DNA of 64,000 bases from Mobula birostris (GCF_030028105.1 NC_092375.1:14721537-14785536), one strand, 5' to 3'; shown: positions 12,244 to 24,820, numbered from the stretch's first letter. Notes: generated by a model from the sequence alone, not told the origin. Translations and numbers: made by a program.

Positions 12244-12544
12244 CTGCACGAAAGCAGAAACCAAAATTGAAACACTTTGTCCATTCAATGAAAATATTAC
12301 ATTAGAACTCTTCCCAGATAATTTATCCTTTTATTGCATGAATGTATGTAAGGAAAGAATTAAATGCGATTTGATATACGCTAAAATAAAATGGAAGTCT
12401 GTAGGACAAACTGGCGTTCTGGAGAGGGATTGTTTTGAGAACCAGTCCACAGCAATGTTTTGAGAAAGTCAAGGAAGTACATGTCTTCAGCCATACTAAT
12501 AGAAAGATTGAAGAACATATTTGTCTGGGCTGAAGGTTGTAAGA

Positions 12545-14135
12545 GATAAGACCATAATAGCATCAGGGATAGGAGCAGAATTAGGCCATTTGGCCCATCG
12601 GGTCTGCTCCACCATTTCATCATGGCTGATCCAATTTTCCTCTCAGCCCCAGTCTTCTGCCTTCTCCCCAAATCCCTCATGCCCTGACCAATCAAGAATC
12701 TATCAATCTGCCTTAAATATACATTAAGAACTTGGACCCAACAGCTGCCTGTGGCAAAGAATTCTCCAGGTTCACCACCCTCTGGCTAAAGAAGTCCCTG
12801 TTCATTTCCATTCTAAAAGAACACCCCTCTATTCTGAGGCTGTGTCCCTCTGGTCTTAGACTCTTCCACCATGGAAAGCATCCTCTCCACATCCACTCTA
12901 TCAAGACCTTTCACCATTCGATAGGTTTCAATGAGGCTGCCCCTCTTTCTTCTGAATTCTAGTGAATACAGAATCAGAGCCATCAGATGCTCTTCAGATG
13001 ACAAGCCATTCCATCCTGGAATCCATTTTCACAAACCTCCTTTGAACTCTCTCCAATATCAGCACATTCTTTCTTAGATAAGGGGCCTGGAACTGTACAC
13101 AATACTCCAAGTGAGGTCTCACCAGTGCTTTACAAAGTTTCAGCACTACAGCCTTGTTTTTATATTCTAGTCCTCTTGAAATGAATGCTAACATTGCATT
13201 TGTCTTCCTCACCACAGACTCAACGTGCAAATTATCCTTTGGGGAATCCTGCACAAAGATTCCCAAGTTCCTTTGCACTTCAGTTTTTTTATATATTTTC
13301 TCTCCAATTACTGAATAGTCAACCCTTCCATTTCTTTTACCAAAGTGCATGACCATATACTTACCAACACTGTATTCCATATGCCATTCTTTGCCCATTC
13401 TCTTAATCTGTCCAAGTCCTTCTGTGGCCTCTCTATTTCCTCAAAACTACCTGTCCTTCCACTTATTTTCATATGGTCTGCAAACGTTACAACAAGGTCA
13501 TTAATTCCATCATCCAAATCATTGACATGTAAAAGGAATTGATCCCAATACAGACACCTGTGGAACACCACTAGTCATTGACAGCCAGTCAGGAAAGGTT
13601 TCCTTTATTCCCACTCTTTGCCTCCTGCCAACCAGCCACTGGTTTATCTATGCCAGAATCTTTCCTGGAATACCATGGGCCCATCGCTTGTTAAGCAGCC
13701 TCATGTGTGGTACCTTGTCAAAGGCCTTCTGAAAATCCAAGTACACAGCATGAACTAATTCTCCTTTGTCTATCCTGCTTTGTATTTCTTTAAAGAATTC
13801 CAGCAGACTTCTCAGGCAAGTTCTTTCCTGTGCTGATTATTGCCTATTTTACCAAGTGCTTCCAAGTACTCTGAGACCCATCCTTAATAATCGACTCCAA
13901 CATCTTCCCAACCACTGAGGTCAGACTAACTGGCCTATAATTTCCTTTCTTCTGCCTCTCTCCCTTCTTGAAGAGTGGAGTGATATTAGCAATTTTCTAG
14001 TCTTCCGGAACCATACCAGAATCTAGTGATTCTTGACAGATCATTACTAATGCCTCCACGATCTCTTCAGCCATCTCTCTCAGAACTCTGGGTGTACACT
14101 ATCTGGTCCAGGTGACTTATCTACTTTCAGACCTT
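12545..14135 (-). mobile_element. CR1 LINE ORF2 3' half and 3' UTR, decayed
   Basis: ORFs 12713-13571 (TFADHMK, RPHLEYCVQF, FFSQRVVNL) plus tail. Confidence 0.93.
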
Positions 14136-14472
14136 AAGGGAGGTGGGGGTGGGTTGTGCAGCTAATACCACCAAGGGTTGGAAAAATACTAATGTGAGTG
14201 GTTTTGAAGGTTATAAAAGGGGCACTTTATTTGTACAAGTGGAAGAGTTTTGCCTTAGGCTGGGTCACGGCAGATGCTAGTGTTAATAAGATCAGGGCAA
14301 GTATGTTGCTTCAGAGTAACAGAGAAAGGGAGAGAGAGAGAGAGATTAAAAAAAACAGGTTGTGGTTAAGATTGTTGGATTTGTAGCTCCCCTCCAACAT
14401 TACAGGGATCTCCTTGTTTATTGCATGGTAAGTATTATTTTGATTTCTGTACGGCTACTACTGTAGACATAC

Positions 14473-14586
14473 GTTGTTTTCCTTTCTTTGTTCACACTTG
14501 TGCTTGTTCTAATAAAGCGTTTTCTTGTGCTTGAACACGTGCACCATGTCTCCTTTGTCTGCATATGCGCATGGAAATACTCTGCG
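14473..14586 (-). CDS. Putative internal coding exon, 114 nt, phase 2-2 (AEYFHAHMQTKETWCTCSSTRKRFIRTSTSVNKERKT)
   Basis: Strong acceptor tgttcttttcttattcAG, donor AAC|GTATGT, only one open frame, length divisible by 3, splices in frame to 12243. Confidence 0.6.
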
Positions 14587-14789
14587 CTGAATAAGAAAAG
14601 AACACAGACCAACTTTCAAAATATTTCTCATTACAATGTATTGGGTTAAGATAACTGATCAGACTTCAGCCTTCAAATTTACTACAAAATTTTTGTTGCA
14701 ATTGATCTGTTCAGTCCACTGTTGTCTCCATATCTGATGTCCCAATCTCTGTTAAACCTGTTATTATCTCTCAGACTTTCAATTGCCTC

Positions 14790-15140
14790 CTATTCAGAGG
14801 ACAGATATTGTCACAGTGTGCTGACAGACGACTGAAGCTAGGTGTGAGGAATGACAGACTCCCATGTTGAGGCAGAAACAGAGTTTATTCATAGGAATTC
14901 CAGCTGAACATTGGTGGCTTGACCAAGCCACACCATAAGACGATCCTTTCTCGAAACACACAAGGACCCCATGATCTACACTAATTGAGAGTCCACTTTC
15001 AAAAAATGCTCTATGCAGAAAACCCACGCCAGTCAAAATAAATTTGACAAGATTAAACAGAAAGCACAAGGGCTTAACGACTCCAGATAAGACAACAATT
15101 AACAAATACAGGTGCACGGGCCCTCAGGACTCATGACCGT
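14790..15140. repeat. Unclassified interspersed repeat; inverted homolog at about 62860-63070
   Basis: taattgttgtctta...ttaagc.cttgtgctttctgttt.atcttgtcaa...ggttttctgcat is shared on opposite strands. Confidence 0.65.
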
Positions 15141-16269
15141 TATGTCAGGGAGTTGGTTCAGACTACATTGCATTCATTTTTGCCACGTTCCATCCTTCTT
15201 GAATACTGAGCCAAACATATAAGATGATATCAGTCATGTACTCATTTGTGTCTTATTTACCCTGTTGCATTTTCTTCTTTTATTCTCCATAAGCCCATTT
15301 TGCCCATGACACCCCTCCTATCTTTTGCACCGTTCCCACTAACCTTGTCTGCTGTAAGCCACAAAGAATTAAGGCAGAGATTGATAGGTATCTGAGTAGC
15401 CAGGGCATCAAAGGTTATGGTGAGAAGGCGGGGGAGTGGGACTAAATGGGAGAATGGATCAGCTCATGATAAAATGGCGGAGCAGACTCGATGGGCCGAA
15501 TGGCCGACTTCTGCTCCTTTGTCTTATGGTCTTATGGTCTAATCAGCGTCCATCAGCAAGGACACCCACCGCCCAGGCTACACCCCCTTCTTGCTACCGC
15601 CATCAGTAAGGGGGTACAGGAGCCTGGTATCACACACCATCAGGTTCAGGATCAATTGTCACCCTGCAACCTTGAGGCTCCTGATCTGGCATGGATAACT
15701 TCACTCACCAAAACGCTGAACTGATTCCACAACCTAGAGACTCGCTTTCAAGGACTGCCATGCATGTTCTCAATACTATTGATTCTATTTGCACAATTTG
15801 TCCTCTTTTGCACATTGGATCTTTGTCAGTATATAGTTTATGTATATTTTTCACAAATCCTATTGTATATTTTAATTTTCCTGTAAATACCTGCAAGAAA
15901 TGGATTACAAGGTTGTTATGGTGACATATAGATATTTTAACAAGAAATTTGCTCAGACTTTGACATCCTCTTTGTAATTCACCTGTTGGTTAACAGTTTA
16001 CTCTTCCTAGGTTCACACTTCCTCTCCTTTACTTCTCTTTTCTATAAGATTCATCCTTGACTATCATGCTTCTTTGCAAAAACCGTATTTTCTTATTCTC
16101 TCCAAAGCCCACATTTCATATTTCCTGCCAATATAAAAATTGTTTGATTCATTGACTCTATGTTAGCTCAATCACCAATCCCATAATCCCACTCCACTAA
16201 CATCCCTTGTAACCTATTCTCACCACGTTCCCATCAACTCCCCCACGGCACAACTATTCATCTACGCAT

Positions 16270-18550
16270 CTGGGAATACAGGTGAATAATTCCTTCAAAG
16301 TGGCATTACAGGCAGATAAGGTCAAAAGAGACCTTTTAGCATATTGGCTTTCATAAATCAGAGTATTAATGTACAAGAGTTGGGCTGTTATGTTAAAGTT
16401 GTATAAAACTTTGGTGAGATCAAATTTGGAGTAAGTATTGTGTACGATTCTGGTCACCGACTTCACAGAAAGATATGAAAATGACTAAAAGAAAACAGAA
16501 AAAAAAACACAAGTATGTTGCCAGGAGTTGAGGACAGGGATTATAAGGGGAACATGAATAGAATAGGACTTTATTCCCTGGAGTGTACGAGAATGAAGGG
16601 AGATTTGATAAAGTACACCAAATTACAAGGGGCATAGAGAGGGTAAATGCAAGCAAGTTCTTTCCACTGAGGTTGGGTGTGACTAGACATAGGTTAAAAG
16701 TGAAAGGTGAAATATTAAAGGGGAACCTGAGGGGGAACTTCTTTACTTAGTGGGTAGTGAGAGTGTGGAACGAGCTGCCAGCGGAATTGGCAATTATGGG
16801 ATTGGTTGCAACATTTAAGGTCATTTCAGATAAGAACAAGGACAAGATGAGCTCTGAGTGTTATGGTGCAGGTGACCAGGTGGAATAACAGTTCGGCACA
16901 CACTAGATGGGCTGAAGCGCCAGTTTCTGTACTGTAGAGCTCTACAACTCTATTAGTGGATAATTAGCTTCTCAATCTGAATTTCTTGGGAGGAAACTGA
17001 AGCACCTGGATGGAAACACGCGTGGTCAAATGGAGAACATGCAGATTGAACCAGGTTGCTGGAGCTATGAGGCAGTAGCTCTTCTAGAGTTGCTGAAGTC
17101 ATAGTTCATATTGCCAGAGAAAATGACAGTACCATCATGCAAACTGGCTCAACTCACTTTGTATTGCATTTTTATACAAAATTTTGAGGGGTATAGAGAG
17201 TGAGAATGCATGCAGGCTTTCAGCACCCCCCCCCACCCCCCCCCCCCCCACCTCCCCACCAAGACTGGATGAGACTACAACTAGAAGCCATAGGCTTATT
17301 GTCTAAAGTTAAATACTTAAGGGGAATCTGAGGAGGAACTTCTTCACTCAGGGGGTGATACGGGTGTGGAACTGGGTTCAGTTGTGATATTTAAGAGAAG
17401 TTTGGATAGGCACACAGGTGAGAGGGGTATGGAGGGCTATGGTCTGGGTGCAGGTCGATGAGCATGTCACTATAGACTGGATTTGCTGACAGGCCTGCTT
17501 CTCTGCAGTAGTGCTCTATGCCTCTGTAACTCAATGGCTCATCCATGCCAATTAAGTTGCCTACTTTAGGTAGTCCTTTTTGCCTGCATTTGGCCTATGT
17601 TCCTCTAATCCCTTCTTCTCCATGTTCCTGCCCAAAAGCCTTTTAATTGAACCCATTTCTAGCACTTCCTCTGACTAATTATTTCATATGCACACCACCC
17701 TCTGTGTGGCAAAGTTGTCTCTCGGGAACTCTTTAATTCTATCCACCTCTTTCACTTCCTCTTATACCTCACGTCACATACTCAAATCCTTCTTTATAAA
17801 AAAGGTTCCCTTTAAATCTTTCACCTCTCACCTTAAAAATATGTTCTGTAGCTTTAGACTCCTCTGCTCTGGGAAGAAGACTGGTCATCCTGATTTTTTT
17901 ACACATCTTTTCTTGCTTGAAACGTTGCAATCAGATTATAATTTCTACCCTAATCTCCTCTCAAAGTCAATAATAAGAGCCAATGTGATTACTGAAAAGA
18001 AAACCCAGTGCCTCAGCCCGAAACTCAGGCACTGGGATACTTATGGCTTTATAGTTAAGAGGAGGTTCATGAGAATGTTTCCAGGCATGAAATGGTTATC
18101 ATACAAGCAGTCTTTGAAGTCTCTGGGCCTGTACTCACTGGAATTTAGAAGAATGAGGAGGGATCTCATTGAAATTATTGAATGTTGAAAGGCCAAGATA
18201 GAGTGGATGTGAAGAGGATATTTCCTTTGGTAGGGGAAGTCTAGAACAAAAGGGCACAGCCTCAAAATAGAGGAACAGCCATTAGAACATGAGATGAGGA
18301 GGAATTTCTTTTGCCAGAGGGTGCTAAGTCTGTGAGATTTCTTACCACAGGCAGCTGCGGAGGCCAGGTCACTGGATGCATTTAAGGTGGAGTTTGATAG
18401 TTTCTTGATTAGGCAGGGCATAAAAGGTTATGGGGAGAAGGCAAGAGAATGGGGTGAAGAGGGAAATTGATCAGCCATGATGAATTTGTAGAGCAAACTC
18501 GATGGGCCTAATGGCCTAATTCTACCCCTATGTCTTAATATCTTATGGAA
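16270..18550 (+). mobile_element. Several CR1 3' fragments (about 16270-16950, 17180-17530, 18050-18550)
   Basis: CR1 ORF2 C-terminal motifs (LGLYSLEFRRMRRDLIE) and 3' UTR tails. Confidence 0.85.
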
Positions 18551-18984
18551 ACATCTTTTGCTTACTCCCCTCCGTAGGTGCTGCCCGATTTTTTGATTTC
18601 TTCCAGGATTTTGCATGTGTTACTCTGGATTTCCAGCATCTACACATCCTCTTGCGCGTAGATCAGAGGACCAAGAGTTCATCTTTATCATTTAAGCGAT
18701 CCATCTAAGAGTGTTGTAACTATGCCCTTGAACATGGTGGTATATGCTCTCAAGTTATTGTATCTACTGCCCGATGGAAAAGGTTAGGAGGGGAGGAGAG
18801 AGAATGGCCAGTGTGGAAGGAGTACTGGATTATGTTGGCTACTTTCCAGAGGCAGTGAGCTATACATAGAGTCTACAGAGGGGAGGTTGGTGTCCATGAT
18901 TGACTGGGCAACTCTGTATAACTTCTTGCAGTCTAGGGCAAAGCAGCTCAAATGGCAAGCTGTGAAATATCAGGGGTAGCTAGT

Positions 18985-19155
18985 TTGTACTCCTACCCTT
19001 CCCCCCCATCTTTTTATTCTGGATTCTTCCCCTTTCCTTCCCAGTCCTGATGAGAGGTCACAGCCTGAAAGGTCGACCGTTAATTACCCTCATAGAAGCC
19101 CTCTGACCTGCTGAGTTCCTCCAGCATTTTTGTGTTTTGCTTGGGATTTCCAGTA
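18985..19155 (+). mobile_element. Penelope-like terminal repeat (pLTR) fragment
   Basis: Pyrimidine-rich leader, hammerhead motif, and CTGACCTGCTGAGTTCCTCCAGCATTTT end shared with many copies in the window. Confidence 0.75.
19042..19079 (+). ncRNA. Minimal type I hammerhead ribozyme motif
   Basis: CAGUC-CUGAUGA-G-AGG(UCACAG)CCU-GAAA-GG-UC-GACCG: both core boxes intact, stem II AGG/CCU, stem I with one mismatch. Confidence 0.7.
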
Positions 19156-19448
19156 TTTAAAGATCATCTTGCATTTATATCCACCTTTCTTTTTGCTGAC
19201 TGCTGCTGACACAGTTCTGCATGTCTCTCCACCATCTCCTAGCCAAATTCAACCGCACCATTTTTCCAGGTATAGGGACAGGTGGGAAAGAAGGAAAAAA
19301 ATTATGATAGTGTAGAAGAGAGAAATTACTTTAAGTAACAAATCTGAATGAGGGAAGAAGTCAAGAAGAAGCTGTGATGGAATCAGCAAAGAAGCAAAGG
19401 ATAGGGACAAATAAAACTGAAGATTTATTTGTTTTCTATTACTGTAGT

Positions 19449-19762
19449 GTGGCAGAGTAGAGATAGCTCTCCACCAAAGGAGGTGTAAGGTGCTCTATCC
19501 CTCCGCTAGCCTGCAGATCACCCTTGGGCAAGGTGTAGCTCCTGTTTAACTCCCTAATCAGGGTCAAGTGAAGCCATGGGAGCACATGGTGGACGGTCAT
19601 ACGAGCAGCTGGTGCATGTCACAAGTCCTGGTTATGCGACAGCAAGAAAATCTCTGAAGAGTATTGATAATGACTGGGGTCACCCACTTTATAAAGACGC
19701 TGCCAAGCAGAAGGCAATGGCAAACAATTTCTGTGGAAACATTTGCCAAGAACAATCAAGGT
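19449..19762 (+). mobile_element. Non-autonomous element with RTE/BovB-type 3' tail (second copy 29085-29463, minus)
   Basis: Two copies share the GTGGCAGAGT start and the AGAAGGCAATGGCA...TTTGCCAAGAACAATC tail characteristic of BovB-dependent SINEs. Confidence 0.7.
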
Positions 19763-19779
19763 GGACTTAAACCCTGATA

Positions 19780-21700
19780 AGCATGTAGTGGTTCTTTTTG
19801 TTAGATCAAATTTGAAGACAGAATATAATATTAATGGTAAGACTTGACAGTGTGGAATATCTGAGAGATCTTGGGATCCATGTCGATAGGACACTCAAAG
19901 CTGCTGCGCAGGTTGACAGTGTTGTTAAGAAGGTGTGTGGTGTGTTGCCATTCAGCAACCATGGGATTGAGTTCAAGAGCAGAGAGGTAACATTACAGCT
20001 ATATAAGACCTCGGTTAGACCCCACTTGGAATACTGTGTTCAGTTCTGGTCACCTCACTACACGAAGGATGTGGATACTATAGAGAGAGTGCAGAGGAGA
20101 TCTGCAAGGACATTGCCTGGATTGGAGGGTGTACCTTATGAGTGAACTTGGCCTTTTCTCCTTGGAGCGACGGAAGGTGAGAAGTGACCTGATAGAGGTG
20201 TATAAGATGATGAGGGGCATTGATCATGTGGATAGCCAGAGGCTTTTTCCCAGGGCTGAAATGGCTAACACGAGAGGACATAGTTTTAAGGTGCTTGGAA
20301 ATAGATACTAAGGAGATGTCAGAGGTAAGTTTATCACACAGAGTGATGGTGGCAAGGAATGCACTGCCAGCGGCGGTGGTAGAGGTGGATACAATAGGGT
20401 CTTTTAAGAGCCCCTTAGATAGGTACATGGAACTTAGAAAAGTAGAGGGCTATGCACTAGGGAAATTCTAGGCAGTCTCTGGGGTGGGTTACATGGTCGG
20501 CACAACATTGTGGGCCGGAAGGCCTGTAATGTGCTGTAGATTTCTATATTCTATGTTCTACATTCGATGTTAAAAGCAAAAGGGTTGGCAAATAATATAG
20601 CAAAAATCAGTGGGATGACAGATGATTGAGAAGCTTTAAAAAAACTAACAAAAGGCAACTAAAAAGGTCATAAAGGCAGGTAAGTTAGACAATAATATAA
20701 AAGATGATACGAAAAATTTCTTTCAGAGATGCAAAGAGTAAAACAAATGAAAATGGATGTCAAACCACAGGTAAATGATGCTGGAGAGGTAATAATGAGG
20801 GAGGAAGAAATGACGGAAGATCTTAATAAATATTTTGAGTCATTCTTTATTGTGGAAGACACTAGCAGAATGCTAGAAATGCCTGAGTGTCAGGAGCAGA
20901 GGTAAGTGCCATTGCTATTACTAAGAAGAAAGTGCTTCAGAAGCTGAAATACCTTATGTAGCTGAAGAGATTGTGGAGGCATTAGTAATGACCTTTCAAG
21001 AATCACTAGATTCTGGAATGATTCTGGAGGACTAGAAAACTGCAAATGTCACTCCACTCTTCAAGGAGGGAGAGAGGCAGAAGCCAGGAAATTATATCTC
21101 AGTTGGCCTGACTTCAGTGGTTGCAAAGATGTTGAAGTCTATTATTAAGGATGAGGCTTCAGCCTACTTGGAGGCACACGAGAAAATACGTCCAAGTCAG
21201 CATAGTTTCCTTTAGGGGAAATCTTGCCTGACATACCTGTTGGAAGTTTTTGATGAAATAGCAAGCAGGATAGACAAAGGAGAATCTGTGGATGTTTTTT
21301 TATTTGGATTTGTGCTGCACATGAAGCTGCTTAACAAAAAAGAGCCTATGCTGTTATGGGAAAGGGACTAGAATGGATAGAAGATTAGCTGACTGGCAGA
21401 AGGCAAAGAATGGGAATAAGTGGGGCTTTTTCAGGTCGGCGGCTGGTGACTAGTCATGTGCCACTGGGGTCTGTGTCATGACTGCTTCTTTTCACATTGT
21501 ATATCAATAATTTGGATGAAAGAATTGATGGCTTTGTGGCCAAGTTTGCAGATGATATGAAAATCGGTGGGGAGCAGGTAGTGTTGAGGAAGCAGTGTGT
21601 CTGCAAAGGACTTAAACAGGTTGAGGGAATGGACAACAAAGAGGCAGAAGGAATATATTGTAGGGAAATACATGGTCATGCCCCTTGGCAGAACAAATAA
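19780..21700 (+). mobile_element. Two adjacent CR1 fragments (19780-20560 with tail; 20570-21700 central ORF2)
   Basis: RPHLEYCVQFWSP, (ATTCTRTG)-like tail at 20540-20560, YINNLD...AKFADDMK at 21497-21560. Confidence 0.9.
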
Positions 21701-21929
21701 AGGTGTGGAATATGTCGTCTATCGTCTGTTCTGAAAGGTACCGGGAAAGGGCCAGTAACATCACGAAAAATCTCACTCTTCCTGTTCATGGACTGTTTGT
21801 CCCACTCTCATCAAGGAGCAGGCTATGTAAAATTTATGCTAAGATCGCAGCCCTCAGAAACAGTTAGCTTCCCTAAGCAGTAAGGCTGATCAACACCTCC
21901 ACCCGGCAACTCCACCACTATTTTTATTA

Positions 21930-22560
21930 GTTAGATAGATAGGTATACTTTATTGATCCCGAGGGAAATTGGGTTTCGTTACAGCCGTACCAACCAAGAA
22001 TAAAGTATAAATATAGCAATACAAAAACCACAAACAATCAAACAACAAAATGCAAACTATGCCAGATGGAAATAAGTCCAGGACCAGCCTATTGGCTCAG
22101 GGTGTCTGACCCTCCATGGGTGGGGCTGCAAAGTGCAATGGCCACAGGCAGGAACAACCTCCCGTGACGCCCAGTGTTGTATCTCGGTGGAATATGGCCG
22201 GAGACCAACAACAAAAAGTTCAATATCCGGTCTACAAACACATTCCTCGATCGTAATATGACCCGGATTGCACTATCTGTTGTTAACCAGAACAGTAAGC
22301 ACCCAACTCCTCTACGCTTACCGCTCTCAGTGCACTTCCGGTCAGCCCGAACGGTCTGGAAGCCGTCCATAGAAAAGTTTTGATCGGGTATGTCCTCGTG
22401 CAGCCCCGTTCCAGTGAAACACATAACACTACACTCCCGAAATGTTCTCTGCTGCCCGGCTAACGCCATGAACTCGTCCATTTTATAACCCACCGAACTC
22501 CTCTTCTCCATTCTCTGGTTGTCTCGACACCATTTCCCGTCAATCTCCTTACTTACAGCC
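21930..22560 (-). mobile_element. Internally deleted Rex1/Babar element (endonuclease start fused to extreme 3' end)
   Basis: ORF 22089-22571 joins KMDE...CSVMCFT.T.L.EDIPD...DGF..VRADR...SGK to IPPR.NT.RH..FLPVAI; 3' UTR matches 36405-36460 and 36535-36575. Confidence 0.85.
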
Positions 22561-24679
22561 TGTGGACACACAATACATTAAGCTAACTTATATGTTTATA
22601 TTTATTGTGTGTTTTTTCAGGATTATTATTGTGTTCTTTTTTGTGCTGCATCAGAAGCGGAGTAACAATTATTTCATTCTCCTTATACTTGTGTACTGGA
22701 AATGGCATTAAACAATCTTAAGAACCTTCAATCTTGGTTCTACTGTAAATGCTGGCAAGAAAATGAATTTCAGGGGAGTATATTGTAAAATATACTGTAG
22801 TTATTAGAGCAAACATTTGTCAAGCAGGGTGTTGTGCAACAGGAAAAATAGAGAAACTGCAAATTGTTCAAATGGAGACAGACTTTGGAATGCCTAAGGG
22901 TTATCAGTCTCTCTGTTCATAAAACACAGAGAGCCAGCATGCAGGTGAAACAAGTAATTTGAAAAATGGACTTCTGTCGCAAGGAGGAAGAAGTGAATGT
23001 AGGAAACATTTGCTGAAACCATACAGGAATCTTTGAAACTGTATCTGGAACACTGCACACAGGTGTTGGTCTCCTTGTTTCATGAGGGTTATAATTATAT
23101 TGATTTTTTCCCCCTGGCTGGAAATAGATAATATGAAAGGGCATAATTTTAAGATGATTCTTGTAAAGTGGTAGTGCTTGTCCATTGGGTCTGATGATGA
23201 CAGGGTACCTGTGCAGGAGAGTTTTTAAAGTGGAAAAGGTGTTGCACTGGGGCAGTTCCACTCTCCCAACCTCAGAATTCCAAGTCCTGTGGTAAGAACA
23301 AGTGTCACAAACTGGGGTTTTCCTTGGTGGTAGTGGATGACTTGATGTCATCTGTGCCTTTTCAGGCCCTTCACTCTCTATGGAGCATTGTAGTATCAAC
23401 TTCTTAGCCATTGGATCTCGTCTGCTCAGTCCACTAGACTTCACATGCTACCTTAGCTAGAATCACGTATGATATAAAATTGAAGAGGTATGTGGGTGTT
23501 GTTGTGATTGTGAACAAAGTCAGTTGAGAGGTGCAAACACTGGTGGATATAGAAGTCCTTATTCAGTAAAATGAGCAGCTGGCATCATAATCGAGACAGT
23601 CTTGGAAGAAGAGGCCTGCCTGACCCAATATTCCATGACATTTTAATATGCTAAAGATTAAAAATAACAGCAGGGCAATTCTATATTTACAATGTATCTA
23701 CAATGCTTCTTTTGATTTACATATAAATTTCAAACACCTCCATCATCACACTCACACTCCAGATACCCAAACAATGTTAATTCCCACTGACTTTGAGCTG
23801 CATTCATGCACACACAGGCTTCTGAGGACCAATGGAGTGTTTCATTGTTTGCAATCAACCCTAAAAGGTTCAGAGCTGCATTTTAAATCCAATCTACAAT
23901 CCATGTTCAGGTCTGAAGAATGGCTGCTGATGAAATTAGTATTTGCCATATTCCCATAACTCCATAATATATCCAAACAGATGGGAAGGGTTAGATTAAT
24001 CTTGTACTAAATTAAAAGTTTGAAAATCATTTTGGGCTTTAAGGTCTGTAATGTGCTGTAGTTTTCTATGTTCTATGTACATATATCATGTGAAAAGATT
24101 AAGCAGACTAGACTTATACTCATTGCATTTAAAAGAGTAATTTAACCTTAATGAAATATTTCATTCTTGCCTAGGCTCTTGATCATGTGACCTAATGCCT
24201 CTTTATCAGGTGTTAGACTGAGTTGGATAACACTGAGTCCCGTGTGAGAATTTATTTGATTGAAGATATTCTATACGTGAAAGTGGTTACTGTTCCATTT
24301 ACTCATTGATCAGCATTACTATAACATTTCTATTCATTAGAAGGGTCTTGATAGGATAAGTATGGAGAGACATTTTCCCTTGCATGGTTATCTAGAGCTG
24401 GTGGGCGTTGTTTTGGAATAAAGAACTGCTGATTTAAGATGAGAAAAAGGTGTAATTTCTTCTCTCAGGAGGACCATGAATCTTTGAAATGCAGAGAGCT
24501 GTGCAGGCTGAGGCAATGAGATGCTTGGCCCATTGGAAATTAAGAGTAATAGGAAAGTGGAGCAGCGGTCCAGATCAGTTAATCTTAATGAATGGGGAGC
24601 AGGCTGGCAGGCTTAAATCCTATACCTGCATCTACCTCTGATGTTTTTAATACAAGTGTGTAAATGGGAATAGGGCAAT

Positions 24680-24820
24680 GCTCACAAAATGTCAGAGGAA
24701 CTCAGCAAATCAGGGAACATCTATGGAGGGGGATAAATGTTGATGTTTTGGATCAGGACCCTTCACCAGGACAGGAAAGGAAAGAGGCAGAAGCCAGAAT
24801 AAGAAGATTGTGGGGTGGGG
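24680..24820 (-). mobile_element. Penelope-like terminal repeat, degenerate hammerhead
   Basis: Reverse complement reads gtcCTGGTGAagggtcctgatccAAAAcatcaac. Confidence 0.7.

Noticed and set aside
17226-17259. Poly-C tract (G-quadruplex potential on minus strand)
   Set aside because: Simple homopolymer expansion inside a decayed CR1; no sign of function.
17950-17991. Phase-compatible mini-exon candidate (ITLALIIDFERRLG) upstream of the 14586 exon
   Set aside because: Good acceptor but weak donor (GTAGAA) and no supporting homology.
18004-18036. GC-rich 10-bp hairpin resembling a terminator or ribozyme stem
   Set aside because: Isolated, no catalytic core or U-tract, eukaryotic context.
19449-19560. 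Complete HDV-like ribozyme in the RTE-tailed SINE head
   Set aside because: P2 and P3/L3 could not be assigned consistently in both copies; kept only as a remnant hypothesis.
23755-23860. Minus-strand exon candidate (LIANNETLHWSSEAC...); similar candidates near 29490-29593 and 42160-42384
   Set aside because: Only modest splice signals or a missing donor, and no recognisable protein.
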